Translations under genes and position numbers: made by a program
Source: Octopus sinensis
Lineage: Eukaryota
Length of the DNA: 64,000 nt
Direction of reading: 5' to 3'
Assembly (NCBI RefSeq): GCF_006345805.1
Contig: NC_043005.1
Coordinates: forward strand, 18,042,001 to 18,106,000
Notes under the pieces: generated by a model
Seen by the model: the letters and a program-made list of their open reading frames with translations, nothing else
What the model was told of the DNA's origin: nothing
The model's database searches: none
In this document: positions 1-11,221 of the stretch, piece after piece
Layout: each line of letters begins with the position of its first letter
Position numbering within the stretch: the stretch's first letter is position 1

Positions 1-140
1 TCACCCTTTTTGGATAGACATGTTACTGGTGACGAAAAATGGAACTTCCATCATTGTATCGCGTGCAGAGGAAGGTGAGGGTATTATACCATTCCCTAAA
101 CCGGTCTACGTGAGTCAAAATACTTGAAGTTATGGCGAGA
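1..140 (+). mobile_element. mariner transposase fragment (first catalytic D region), degenerate, cut by window edge
   Basis: Frame 1 reads SPFLDRHVTGDEKW, the mariner 'FLDRIVTGDEKW' motif. A stop follows, then a PKP-like segment. Confidence 0.75.
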
Positions 141-155
141 GATTGTCACAATAAA

Positions 156-193
156 CTGCTACACAGAGTTTCATGTTCCCGTTCGTCGGACAG
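156..193 (-). ncRNA. degenerate type I hammerhead-like motif, CCGANGA core variant
   Basis: Minus strand: ctgt CCGACGA acg ggaa cat GAAAC tctgt GTA gcag. Stems II and III each carry one mismatch. Confidence 0.45.
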
Positions 194-212
194 CTTAGGT
201 GGATCAATCTAT

Positions 213-252
213 ACTGCCCGACGAACGTGGACGTAAAACCCTGAGTAGCAGT
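213..252 (+). ncRNA. degenerate type I hammerhead-like motif, CCGANGA core variant
   Basis: actgc CCGACGA acg tgga cgt AAAAC cctga GTA gcagt. Stem I is a perfect 5 bp, but G12 is mutated to A. Confidence 0.45.
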
Positions 253-451
253 TTATTGTGATATTTTTGAGATGCTTTTGCAGTTTTAATAATAATAAAG
301 CATATTACCCTACCTCCGGTATTCGAATACTATTTTGTCCCAAATTGTTTCACATTTAAGCGCTTACATTGCTCTCTCTCTCTCTCTCTCTGTATATATA
401 TATATTATTTCTAAATCTCTCAAAGTGAGATATTCAGTAACAGTTCTTTAA

Positions 452-678
452 AGTAAAGGCTATTTGCCAACACAATGTGGCTGTCGTGGAAGGGACGATT
501 GTCCCTTCCAGGTGGCAGTACGATACAATATCTCTGTTCTTATATTTTCGACTTAAATATAAGGACACAGATACTGTATCGTACTGCCAGTCGGAAACGA
601 TGTTTTCTGGGGTCTAATCAATAGTAGCAATCGTCCCTTCTAGGGTAGGGCAGCCACATTATGTTGGCAAATAGCCTT

Positions 679-682
<4 letters not shown>
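452..682. mobile_element. foldback / MITE-like element
   Basis: Outer inverted arms of about 50 bp (AGTAAAGGCTATTTGCCAACA...) plus an inner inverted pair of about 35 bp (TGGCAGTACGATAC...). No clear TSD. Confidence 0.6.
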
Positions 683-750
<68 letters not shown>

Positions 751-1049
751 GTGTGTATGTGTGTGTGTTTGTATACACGAAGAATTTAATATTAAACTGA
801 AGCATCACTCAATACTTTATAGTAAAGCACATATTACTTTTTTACAAAGAAAAGGTTGTCAATGACTGCAAAGTTTCAATTTACCAACCGTCATCACACA
901 CCCTACCTTTTCCTTCAAAACACACTCACACACAAATGTAATTTAATAAAATGATATATCCCTCATCATCATCATTGTTATAATGCAACAGCTGTTTTGC
1001 TTCTCTTTCTTCTACTTCTCCTCTTATTCATTTTCTCTCTCTCTCAGTC

Positions 1050-1330
1050 TTCCGACTATTCTGTCAGTCCTGCTTATCCTCAAGGCTCTATTCTCAGCCC
1101 AACACAATTTCACCTCTATATCAACGTTCTTCCGACCAGTAATCTTCAATTCGTCAACGTTTATGCTGGTGTGGCTACTATTCATCCTGGTTTTCCTGGC
1201 AATTCCTTTCCCTTGAAACGGTTGGAATTTGCTGCTAGTCTTGGGTTGGATCAACACGCTGTTAAGAAATGGGGCGCAAAAGGTTAGTAACCTTCAACCC
1301 TGGTAAGACCAAACCCATGTCTTCCTATCT
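1050..1330 (+). mobile_element. degenerate non-LTR (CR1/Jockey-like) reverse transcriptase fragment
   Basis: PQGSILSPTQFHLYINVL matches the PQGSxLSPxLF motif. VYAGVATIH looks like a decayed YADD, and LVTFNPGKTK follows in another frame. Confidence 0.7.
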
Positions 1331-1468
1331 TCCCCCATTTGCATGAATTACAGGTCTGAGGTATCACATTATGAAACAGTCAAGTTTGAGGAAATTCGTT
1401 GGCTATTTTGAATGGGGTGAAGGTGAGGGAAAGATAAAAAACACTAAAAGAACAGCATAGTGACAAAC

Positions 1469-1516
<48 letters not shown>

Positions 1517-1581
1517 TACATATATACATACATTATATATGTATGTATGTATGTATATAATATAACATTTTTTGATTGCCC

Positions 1582-1644
1582 TAATAACTGACGAGATGCC
1601 GGAGTAGTTTTCCACCCCGACATCGGAAACTCGGAGTCTTATTA
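1582..1644 (+). ncRNA. type I hammerhead ribozyme candidate, canonical CUGACGA core
   Basis: taataa CTGACGA gatg...catc g GAAAC tcgga GTC ttatta. Stem I is a perfect 6 bp and stem II is extended. There is one extra G before G12. Confidence 0.6.
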
Positions 1645-1770
1645 TTGCAACCGAATAATTGTCACATATTATATTACAGATAAATTCCTCTATTTACATA
1701 ATATTGAGGTTTCAGTCATTCTTTTGCTGTCTCACCATTATTATTAATAAATATATATATATATATATTA

Positions 1771-2169
1771 TACTTGTTTCAGTTATTTGACAGCGGCCAT
1801 GCTGGAGCACCACTTTTAGTCAAATAAATCAACTCCAGGAATTATGCTTTGTAAGCCTAGTACTTATTCTGTCGGTCACATTTTGCCGAACCGCTAACTG
1901 ACGGGGACGTAAACACACCAACATCGGTTGTAGCGATGGTGGGGGACAAACACACACACAAACAACAAGCACATACATATATATGTATATGTACATATAC
2001 ATATACATATACAACGGACTTCTTTCAGTTTCCGTCCACCAAATCCACTCAGAAGGCTTTGGTCGACCAGAGACTATAGTAGAAGACACTTGCCCAAAGT
2101 GCCACGCAGTGGGATTGAACCGGGAACCCTATAGTTGGGAAGCAAGCTACTTACCACACAGCCACTCCT
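1771..2169 (-). mobile_element. SINE family A (tRNA-derived, ~400 bp, internal CA/TA microsatellite), full length
   Basis: tRNA-like head with A/B-box-like motifs, central block GCCTTGTGAGTGGATTTGGTAGACGGAAACTGAAAGAAGCCCGTCG (Deu/Nin-like from memory), many near-identical copies in the window. Confidence 0.85.
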
Positions 2170-2499
2170 ATATATATATATATATATACACACTCACACA
2201 CACATATTTACACATACATACATTACACACACATACACACACACACGGCTATATATACTTATACATACATTTACATATAAACAAAATATATATTATCTGA
2301 TACATTTGCGCGTATATATAAAGAAAAATACATATAAAAATACAGGTACTTATGTAAACGCTTATATAAACGCATATCACATATAGGTATATAATATATA
2401 CATATCCATATAGGTATATAATATATATATATATATATATATATCTCGCTATCGATATATATATATATATATATTTATACATATATATCTATATATCTA

Positions 2500-2563
<64 letters not shown>

Positions 2564-3176
2564 CACATTGCAAAAGTCATACCACGAAGATACAAACATT
2601 AAGTCCTACAGGGCTTAAAATACGTGCATTTCCCCCGCCGTTTATCAAATTGAATTAGTTCTTATGTAAATGCCTATGAAGTTTTTGCTATCACTATTAT
2701 ATGTACTTTTAGTGTTGGTGCTAGTAGTATTCTTTTATTAACCGTTCTATTATTATAATTGGCTGTTGGCTGTATGAAATCTCTTGACACGAAAAATTAC
2801 GGTGTTAGCTTGCTTGATAATTGGGTCTGTACAAATAAAACTCATTTCACCGGTTTCACTATATTTTTGACTTGCTAGAGTAGCAAAGTTGAACAAATTA
2901 CTTTCCACGCATTTACTTGTGTGTTTATAGGTTAAGATGTTTAAGTCACTCTAGATATACATTTATGCATGCGTAAATTCATACATACCTCCCGATAGGC
3001 AAGATTTACTGCAGTATTCATCCGGAAATAATACATTTCAGTAAATTTTATCTTTCACGATGTTTTTACATTAGGTGTGTTATAATAATGGCTAAATTAA
3101 TCTGATACTCCTTCTTTTCAATATAATAGATATATACATATGCGTGTGTGCGTGCAAGTGTGTGTGTGTGTGTGTC

Positions 3177-3178
3177 TG

Positions 3179-3265
<87 letters not shown>

Positions 3266-3266
3266 G

Positions 3267-3342
<76 letters not shown>
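3177..3342. repeat. (TATC)n microsatellite
   Basis: About 40 tandem units, directly visible. Confidence 0.95.
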
Positions 3343-3961
3343 AGGAAGAGCTATTTTCATCATCCTTGTGGCTATGGCGAAAGAATGTATCTGGTGGACG
3401 CGTCTGAAAGGATTGGAGACAAAAACTCTTTCCTCTCTGGTCAATCTCTCATCAACTTCTTCAAGTACCACTTGAAAAGGAAAGTGAGAGTAGAGAGGCA
3501 AGTTTTGTCTAGCGAATGTTTTAAAAAAAGATGGGTGAATGTAGCAAGAATGGCACGTATGAATGACGAAGCCACCTTGAGCATGATCCTATGAACCCAG
3601 AAATTGAAAACAGAGAGTTGCTTATTTGCAAAAAAAAAAAAAAGAAATATAACATGTGACTCCATTGACCGAGGTTACCGTGGTCTTTTCCGTAGGCTTT
3701 TCTTTCCACGGGTCAACCTCACCTGTCCTCCCCTTTACACTTCATATTGACATTTCTGTGATAACGATCCCTATTGATCAATTTCTTTTTTCCTCTCCCC
3801 CTTTTTGTTTAACCCCCATTTTTTTGTCCTCTTTCTCTCCTTTTACGATCCCTTTTGATCGAAACTCCCCCTTCCTTTTTTTTTTTAAACCTTCAAAAGA
3901 AAAGCTCTACCTTGTAATTTGTTCTATCTGTGTGCAGCCCTGTGTGGCTAATAAAGAAACA
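3343..3961 (+). mobile_element. 5'-truncated Tx1/L1-like LINE 3' end (ORF2 C-terminus plus 3'UTR)
   Basis: [21 protein letters not shown], frameshift, then [35 protein letters not shown]...MIL with stop at 3594. Pyrimidine-rich UTR, AATAAA at 3950-3955, then (TATC)n. Confidence 0.7.
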
Positions 3962-3985
3962 TATCTATCTATCTATCTATCTACT

Positions 3986-4084
<99 letters not shown>

Positions 4085-4128
4085 CTATCTATCTATCTAT
4101 CTATCTATCTACTATCTATCTGTCTATC

Positions 4129-4170
<42 letters not shown>
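3962..4170. repeat. (TATC)n microsatellite, imperfect
   Basis: Directly visible. Confidence 0.95.
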
Positions 4171-4202
4171 CATTGACGTACTTGCATGCGTGCACACACA
4201 CA

Positions 4203-4233
<31 letters not shown>

Positions 4234-5174
4234 GCACCCAAATATTATATATATATATACTGCAGTCGGACAAACACCAAACAACATGAATCTACCAACT
4301 GCTACCAAAACGGACGGATGGGATGGCCTTGAAGTCGAAGATTTTAAACTAATGGAGACAATACATGAATATCACTTGAGGAAGCACAACAGGATCTTAT
4401 GCAAACAAATAGTTTCATAATCAAATACCTGTGTTTTGGAGAACATCGTTGGGTGAAAACAATTGTAGTGATTAAAAAAATAACCATCAAACTATACTCC
4501 TTGTTGACTCCAGTTTCCCCAATTATGTATGTATATATATATATCAGGCACAGCGATACTAATAAGCGAAGATTAGACCTCAGTATCTATAAGCTTCAGA
4601 AAGAAGCGTTAGTCGAGTGCAAAGAGTAATTAAAAAATGAAATAAATGACAAGGGAACAACAAATTATGTAATGAACTTCATTATCTAACTGCGTTTTCT
4701 GCCATAAATTGCAATGCACTCAAAGCTGGGTGCTTGTCTATCAACCTGTTGCTTCGTCGGAGCTTCAGAAACGAAGTGCAATTATATTTGAAATAGCATC
4801 TATAACTGGAAATGTGAAAAATAATCCAAGATTAGTAGCGTTATCCACTATGAATAGTAAATGAAAGATGCTATCGTAAATGACGTAATGTTTAGTTTCT
4901 CATGTATTAACTGTTGTGTACGCATATACATCGTTTCTTTGGATTGGTAGCTTCTATATTCTTTTGTGAGGTGCCTGTTTAATCAAACCCTATTTGCTGA
5001 TTGTAGCATACGGATCCTAATCACAGAGCAATGATCTTGAAGGGTTATCAACGTAATGAGAGATATAGGGAAGGCATAAACATATACTTCCTCACGCACA
5101 AACACGCATACACACACATGCTTACAAATACATATATTTATATTTATCCATACATCTATTCATTCTTCCGTATA

Positions 5175-5350
5175 TATACATACATACATACATACATACA
5201 TGCATACATTCATACATACATACATACATACATACATGCATACATTCATACATACATACATACATACATACATACATACATACATACATACATACATACA
5301 TACATGCATACATACATACACACACACACACACACTCACACACACACATA
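5175..5350. repeat. (TACA)n/(CA)n microsatellite
   Basis: Directly visible. Confidence 0.9.
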
Positions 5351-5389
5351 TATATATAGTGAGAATTTACAAAAAAAAAAAAACAAAAG

Positions 5390-5560
5390 ACGAAGACAGG
5401 TGGTGTAGACAACAAACAGATGTATTAGTATAACGCTCGGGAAATGAAAAAGTCTTTTACGTTTCGAGCCTACGCTCTTCTACAGAGAGGAAGACAGAAA
5501 GAAACAAGGAGAGAAAATAAAGAAAATGTAGTGACTAGCGATCCATCATGGCAAATATAT
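5390..5560 (-). mobile_element. dispersed PLE terminal repeat, copy 1 (carries the U6 hammerhead variant at 5453-5490)
   Basis: Homologous to 11222-11400 and 47860-48030. The 11222 copy lies downstream of a PLE GIY-YIG ORF end. Confidence 0.7.
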
Positions 5561-6524
5561 ATCATGGCAATATAAACAACTTGTTTCAGTCATATATATA
5601 TATATATACGTGCGTGTGTGTGTGTGTGTTTGTAAGACAGTGCTCCAGCATGGTTGCAATCAAATGACTGATATAGGTAAAAGTATAAAATAATAAGCAA
5701 ATAGACACGGAAAGACATACACACACAGAAACGCGCACACACATATACACACACACTCAAACATACACACATGCATAGACAAAGATATAAAGAGACATTG
5801 TTTCATCTAAATCCTTACACGTATCTTTAAATATGCATGCATGCATATATGAACTGCTATGAATGCGTGTATGAACATGTATATATGTACGCACATCTAC
5901 GTATCTTTATGTTGTTGAGATGAGTATCATCTTTGCATATCAAATTAGTTAAGTGAGATTGATAAATCTATGTTAGTGAATATCAACTAAATATATTGTT
6001 TTCCCATTTTACTATTCTGCTGGCGTCTTTTCAAGCACAATAAGCCAAATTGTAAAATGGCGGCCGATGGATAGTTGAAGTAGATCGTGGAAAGTAGCAT
6101 TGTTCTTGGCTAAATTAGATTCTTTGCTGAGCTTGCAGTCTGTACGCATAATAAGAGTTTATACAGTCTACGCAAACGTTAAATACAGATGAACAACAGT
6201 TTATGAGAGTTGTATTGTCGAACAACTGTCTTACGAAGAGAACAGTATATAGACATAGTGCGCGCGTGTGCGTATCTATATGTGTGTATACATATATATA
6301 TATAATATATGTATATATTATACACACGTACACACATGTATACACAAACATACATACGCACACGCATACATACATGGATGTATATATACACACACATATA
6401 TATACTTATATACACATACAAACGCTTAAATTGTATTCTATTAAATAAATCGAGCAAGCCTTCAATTTGAAGTAAAATTTATTTTATAATATAAAACAAA
6501 CATTAATATATATATATATTAATG

Positions 6525-6758
6525 GAAGGCGGCGAGCTGGCAGAAACGTTAGCACGCCGGGCGAAATGCGTAGCCGTATTTCATCCGCCGTTACGTTCTG
6601 AGTTCAAATTCCGCCGAGGTCGACTTTGCCTTTCATCCTTTCAGGGTCGATAAATAAAGTACCAGTTACGCACTGGTGTCGATGTAATCGATTTAATCCG
6701 TTTGTCTGTCCTTGTTTGTCCCCTCTATGTTTAGCCCTTTGTGGGCAGTAAAGAAATA
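6525..6758 (+). mobile_element. SINE family B (MetaSINE-like), full length
   Basis: tRNA-like head plus GACTTTGCCTTTCATCCTTTCRGGGTCGATAAA..AGTACCAG, which resembles the Meta domain. Many copies in the window. Confidence 0.85.
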
Positions 6759-6771
6759 TATATATTATTTT

Positions 6772-7175
6772 ATTCTTTTACTTGTTTCAGTCATTTGACT
6801 GCATCCATGCTGGTGCACCGTCTTTAGTCGAGCAAATCGACCCGAGGACTTATTCTTTGTAAGCCTAGTACTTATTCTATCGGTCTCTTTTGCCGAACCG
6901 CTAGGTTACATGGACGTAAACGCACCAGCATCGGTTGTCAAACGATGTTGTGGTGACAAACACAGACACACAAACAAACACACACATACACACACACACA
7001 CATATGTATATATCAACTTCTATGTCTTTCAGTTTCTCTTTACCAAATTCACTCACAGAGCTTTGATCGGCTCGAGGCTATAGTAGAAGACACTCGCCCA
7101 AATGCCACACAGTAGGACTGAACTCGGAACCATGTGGTTGGTGAGTAAGGTATTTACCACACAGCCACTCCCGTG
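6772..7175 (-). mobile_element. SINE family A, full length
   Basis: Homologous to 1771-2169. Confidence 0.85.
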
Positions 7176-7361
7176 ACTATATATTATATATGTGTTATTA
7201 AGTGATTATCAATACGGGAAAGATACTTTATAAACTCTCTGTTTATAAGCTAGCAATATTGTTTAGATTAGTAAACAACTCTGCGTATTCATGCAGAGGT
7301 TATAATTCATTACTATTTTAAATTATAAATCCCTGGTTGTGCCTCACATATTCATATACAT

Positions 7362-7392
<31 letters not shown>

Positions 7393-7497
7393 TATTATAT
7401 ATATATATATTCAAATGTATATCCTACTTAAGTTGAGGCACCAGAATTTAGTACAGTATTATCACTACAATTTCTAAATAATGTGATTAAAATAAAA

Positions 7498-7679
7498 ATA
7501 AGCAACAAGGATATCCAGAGCTAATGCAGTACGATCGTTTCATGCAATTTTTAATTGAACACTGAAATCAGTACATCAATTAAAAATGTAGAGCAATCTT
7601 CAGCTGCACAACGACATTGTGGAATTAAATGGAATTGCATGAAACGATCGTAATGCATTACCTCTGGATATCCTTGTTG

Positions 7680-7684
<5 letters not shown>
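7498..7684. mobile_element. foldback element with 52-bp inverted arms
   Basis: Arms 7498-7549 and 7633-7684, 2 mismatches, TA at both ends. Confidence 0.75.
7525..7608 (-). ncRNA. type I hammerhead ribozyme candidate, canonical CUGAAGA core
   Basis: tgcag CTGAAGA [long stem II including atttttaattga/tcaattaaaaat] GAAAC gatc GTA ctgca. Perfect 5-bp stem I, palindromic stem III ACGATCGT. Confidence 0.7.
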
Positions 7685-7753
<69 letters not shown>

Positions 7754-7801
7754 GGAGTAAACACATAAATGTGAAACAAGTGGAAAAAAGGGTACTAAAA
7801 A

Positions 7802-7839
7802 CTGTCCGATGAACGGCAACGGGAAACTCAGAGTAACAG
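7802..7839 (+). ncRNA. type I hammerhead-like motif, CCGAUGA core variant
   Basis: ctgt CCGATGA a cg gcaa cg g GAAAC tcaga GTA acag. Same family as the motifs at 156-252. Confidence 0.5.
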
Positions 7840-7919
7840 GTGTTGTTGAATTTTCTGCTGCTTTAAATAAAGTATATATATATATATCAACAATTGAGGG
7901 TAAAATTAATTAATTAATC

Positions 7920-7976
<57 letters not shown>

Positions 7977-8277
7977 GCTTGTGTATGTGCGTGTGTGTGT
8001 ATCTCAGTATATCAAGGCATGCGAGAGTTGCTGAAAAGTTCTTGTTTTTAAGGGTTTTGCAGAAGGCCATTTTGAGGACCAAACTTCCGAGTTCTTTCAC
8101 AAGGCTTAGAGAACTGAAGGACCACTGCAATATAAGTGTGAATCTGAGAGGGGTATATGTCCAATAAAATCATGATTAATTAACCTCGCCGTTTTTTTTC
8201 TTTACCCGAAGCCAGATTTTCAACACTCTCCTCGTATGTATATACATATATACATATATTCATACATACATACATGC

Positions 8278-8309
<32 letters not shown>

Positions 8310-8409
8310 ATATTATATATATAAATATAAGGAGAAAAGGAACACACGAGTTGATATATATGAAAAATAAGTCAAAATAGAAAATGCTAAAATAGTTTTA
8401 TAAAGAACA

Positions 8410-8453
8410 TTTCAGTACCGGTTTCAGTCATTTTCAGACCTTTTCAACTGTAA
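8410..8453 (-). ncRNA. type I hammerhead-like motif with U3-A8 core
   Basis: cag TTGAAAA ggtc tgaaaat gact GAAAC cg GTA ctg. Palindromic stem III ACCGGT. Confidence 0.5.
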
Positions 8454-8609
8454 CGATTAAATAATTAAATTTAGAAAAATCAGAAGAAAAGTTTTTTTAA
8501 AGGAATATTTGTATAGTGTTCAAATATAAGTGGCATTTTCCTTGTTTCTGCCTTTCTCCGTCTCTCTTGTTTACACTTGTGGGTTCGAGGTCGTTGTAAA
8601 TTCTTGGTA

Positions 8610-9006
8610 GGGAAGAAGAAGAAGAAGAAGAAGAAGAAGAAGAAGAAGAGAAGAAGAAGAAGAAGAAGAAGAAGAAGAAGATGGATGATGAGGAGAAGGG
8701 TGGGATTTGGGAGTGCCTTGATTGTCGTATTTTGAGTGGTCTGTGGAGGCTAGCAGTTCATGAGAATATTTCTATTGAAAGGTTTGTCTATAGAATTTGC
8801 GTAGGTGTTATACTAAAAAGCATTAGTGATAAAGTTAGGAAGTAGAGGGGGGGAGAAGAAGAAATAGAAGAAGAAGAAGAAGAAGAAGAAGAAGAAAGAA
8901 GAAGAAGAAGAAGAAGAAGAAGAAGAAGAAGATGGATGATGAGGAGAAGGGTGGGATTTGGGAGTGCCTTGATTGTCGTATTTTGAGTGGTCTGTGGAGG
9001 CTAGCA
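8610..9006. repeat. direct duplication of (GAA)n plus ~76 bp of unique sequence
   Basis: GATGGATGATGAGGAGAAGGG...GGAGGCTAGCA occurs at about 8680-8756 and 8931-9006, each after a (GAA)n tract. Confidence 0.9.
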
Positions 9007-9823
9007 AAAAGGATATGTACTATAGTTTCTAATGCAAACACCAGAGACACACCACTTCAAGAACTAAAAGATACCCTCATCACCAGGAACTACCCACCTT
9101 CACTTATTGACATATGCATTCAATGTGCCCTCAACATCCAGGAACTCAGACATTCCAAATCAAAGAAAAATTTACGACCAAAAGCCTTACCATACATCTC
9201 CACACAACCCTCTCAACAATGAAGCCTTCGACACCATCCTCCAAAACATACCCCTGCTAAAAAAAGATCACAGAATGAACACAATCCTCCAAACACACAC
9301 GATCATAAAAAGCAAGAGACAGCCTAAATCTATAAAAAGTCTCCTAACACAAGCCCGAATACGCTCTTCAACACAGAAGCCGACAGTAAAAAACTGTGGA
9401 AGACCTAATTGCGGGATATGCGATTGTCTAATTGAGGAATCAGAGTTCTCCTTCAAACAGGGACAACAGTTTACAGTGAAAAGCAACTTCACATGTGCTT
9501 CGGAGAACCTGATATACACACTAACCTGCTCTGGGTGTCAAGAGCAATACATAAGCCAAACAAAAAATAGTTTGCGTTAAAGAATGGCCCTGCACAGATC
9601 CCAGATAAAAATTCCCCAAAACAGAAAAATAGCATTCAGCCAACACATAGATACTTGCGCCAACAACAAAACACCAAGCTTCAGGATTTTCCCGCTCTAC
9701 CAATTCAGGGACGATACAACCTCGAGCCAACGTATAAGTAAAGAAACTCTCATTATTACAAAATATAGGCCCCTTCTGAACGAGTCTACGGCAAACGATA
9801 TATACACCTCGGCTTTAAAATAA
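9000..9823 (+). mobile_element. Penelope-like element, RT thumb plus GIY-YIG endonuclease, frameshifted
   Basis: LAKRICTIVS...RNYPPSLI; CGRPNCGICD...FTCASENLIYTLTCSGCQEQYISQT (GIY-YIG-like LIY/YIS); MALHRSQI...KETLIITKYRPLLN. Confidence 0.9.
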
Positions 9824-9974
9824 CACAAATACACACGTAAATATTACATTCCTAATAACCCATTACAAATCAGCCCCAATCGCAGCTATAACCCATAACG
9901 TGCCAACTTTAAGTCATACAACACCTCACTACTTCCACTCATTCATATTCTCCCTTCTCTTTCTTCTTCCCCTT

Positions 9975-9990
9975 CTTCATCATCATCATT

Positions 9991-10041
<51 letters not shown>

Positions 10042-10087
10042 TACTTCTTCTTCTTCTTCTTCTTCTTCTTCATCATCATCAACATCG

Positions 10088-10121
<34 letters not shown>

Positions 10122-10122
10122 T
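9975..10122. repeat. (CAT)n/(CTT)n microsatellite
   Basis: Directly visible. Confidence 0.9.
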
Positions 10123-10697
10123 TTACGTAATATAATTATGCATAGAAACATACACACACAAACACACAACCTCTCATATAAACATACACATACTCACAGA
10201 TATATATTTTTGTGTATAACAAAGAAACATAGGGATTAAACAAATCCAAGTGAATCCTTCTTTAAGCACGCTATGTCAATAGAACGCGGCTAACGAATTT
10301 ATCCAGTCAATATTATAGTAATCCGTAGAGCTTGTTACTTACTTCTTGCGACTTGTAAAAATTGGAAATTCGAAAATAATCACCAATTAGATTCGGTATG
10401 TTAATCACAGAATATATTAGGAGATACATGAAAAGAAAAACATGAAGATGCATTATAAACGCTATATTTTGGTAAATATTCCTTGATAATACATTTTCAC
10501 ACTCATATTATGATAGACACACACTCACACACACACACACATACACACACACACACACACATACACACACACACCACACACACCACCCACACACACTATA
10601 TAATACATATTCTCTAGACTTGTGCTTTTCCTAATAATATGTATATATGTATGTATGTGTCTATGTATGTATGTATGTATGTATATATATATATATA

Positions 10698-10745
<48 letters not shown>

Positions 10746-11221
10746 GTACACTTATTTTATTTGCCGAATTAAGGCTACCATACTTTCATTTAAAAAGGAA
10801 TAGGAAAATATTCAAGTATCCTAACAGTTTTTCAAGCCAATCACATGGAGAAAGGTGTTCGCCTCTATTTTGGAAAACAGTCTCGCTTCATTTACGGGAT
10901 TTCTCGTAACTTCGTGTGAATGAAACAATGAATCAATAAACCAAGGGACTTTATTTTAAAGTGGCACCTTTTGGAGTTCGCCTCCCTTAGATTTGTCTTT
11001 TCGGTAATTTTTTTTTATATTTAATTATTTTGCATTAGTTGCTTATGCTCTGGGCATGGTGTTCTTCTACTTGTATGTTGAGGTAGTACGTCATTGGGGA
11101 TATTTCTTCTTTGCATGAAGTTTGTGTGCTATGTGTGTTCAAGATGTTATCTGTTGATTGTTTAAGATGTTATCTGTTGATTGTATGTTCATAGTTAGTA
11201 GGATTAGCGAGAAGGTTTACG

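Larger units (their letters stand above)
147..365. mobile_element. PLE-type terminal-repeat fragment with a 47-bp inverted repeat
   Basis: Arms 147-193 and 214-260 match at 40/47 by eye. 260-365 is related to the sequence at 7751-7875. The PLE assignment is inferred from the hammerhead-like content. Confidence 0.55.

Noticed and set aside
860-915. Minus-strand GTGATGA...GAAAC...GTC as a hammerhead
   Set aside because: G at position 3, no convincing stem II and a poor stem I; at most a decayed relic.
6050-6070. AAAATGGCGGCC (YY1-like) as a promoter
   Set aside because: A single short motif with no CpG island or downstream exon.
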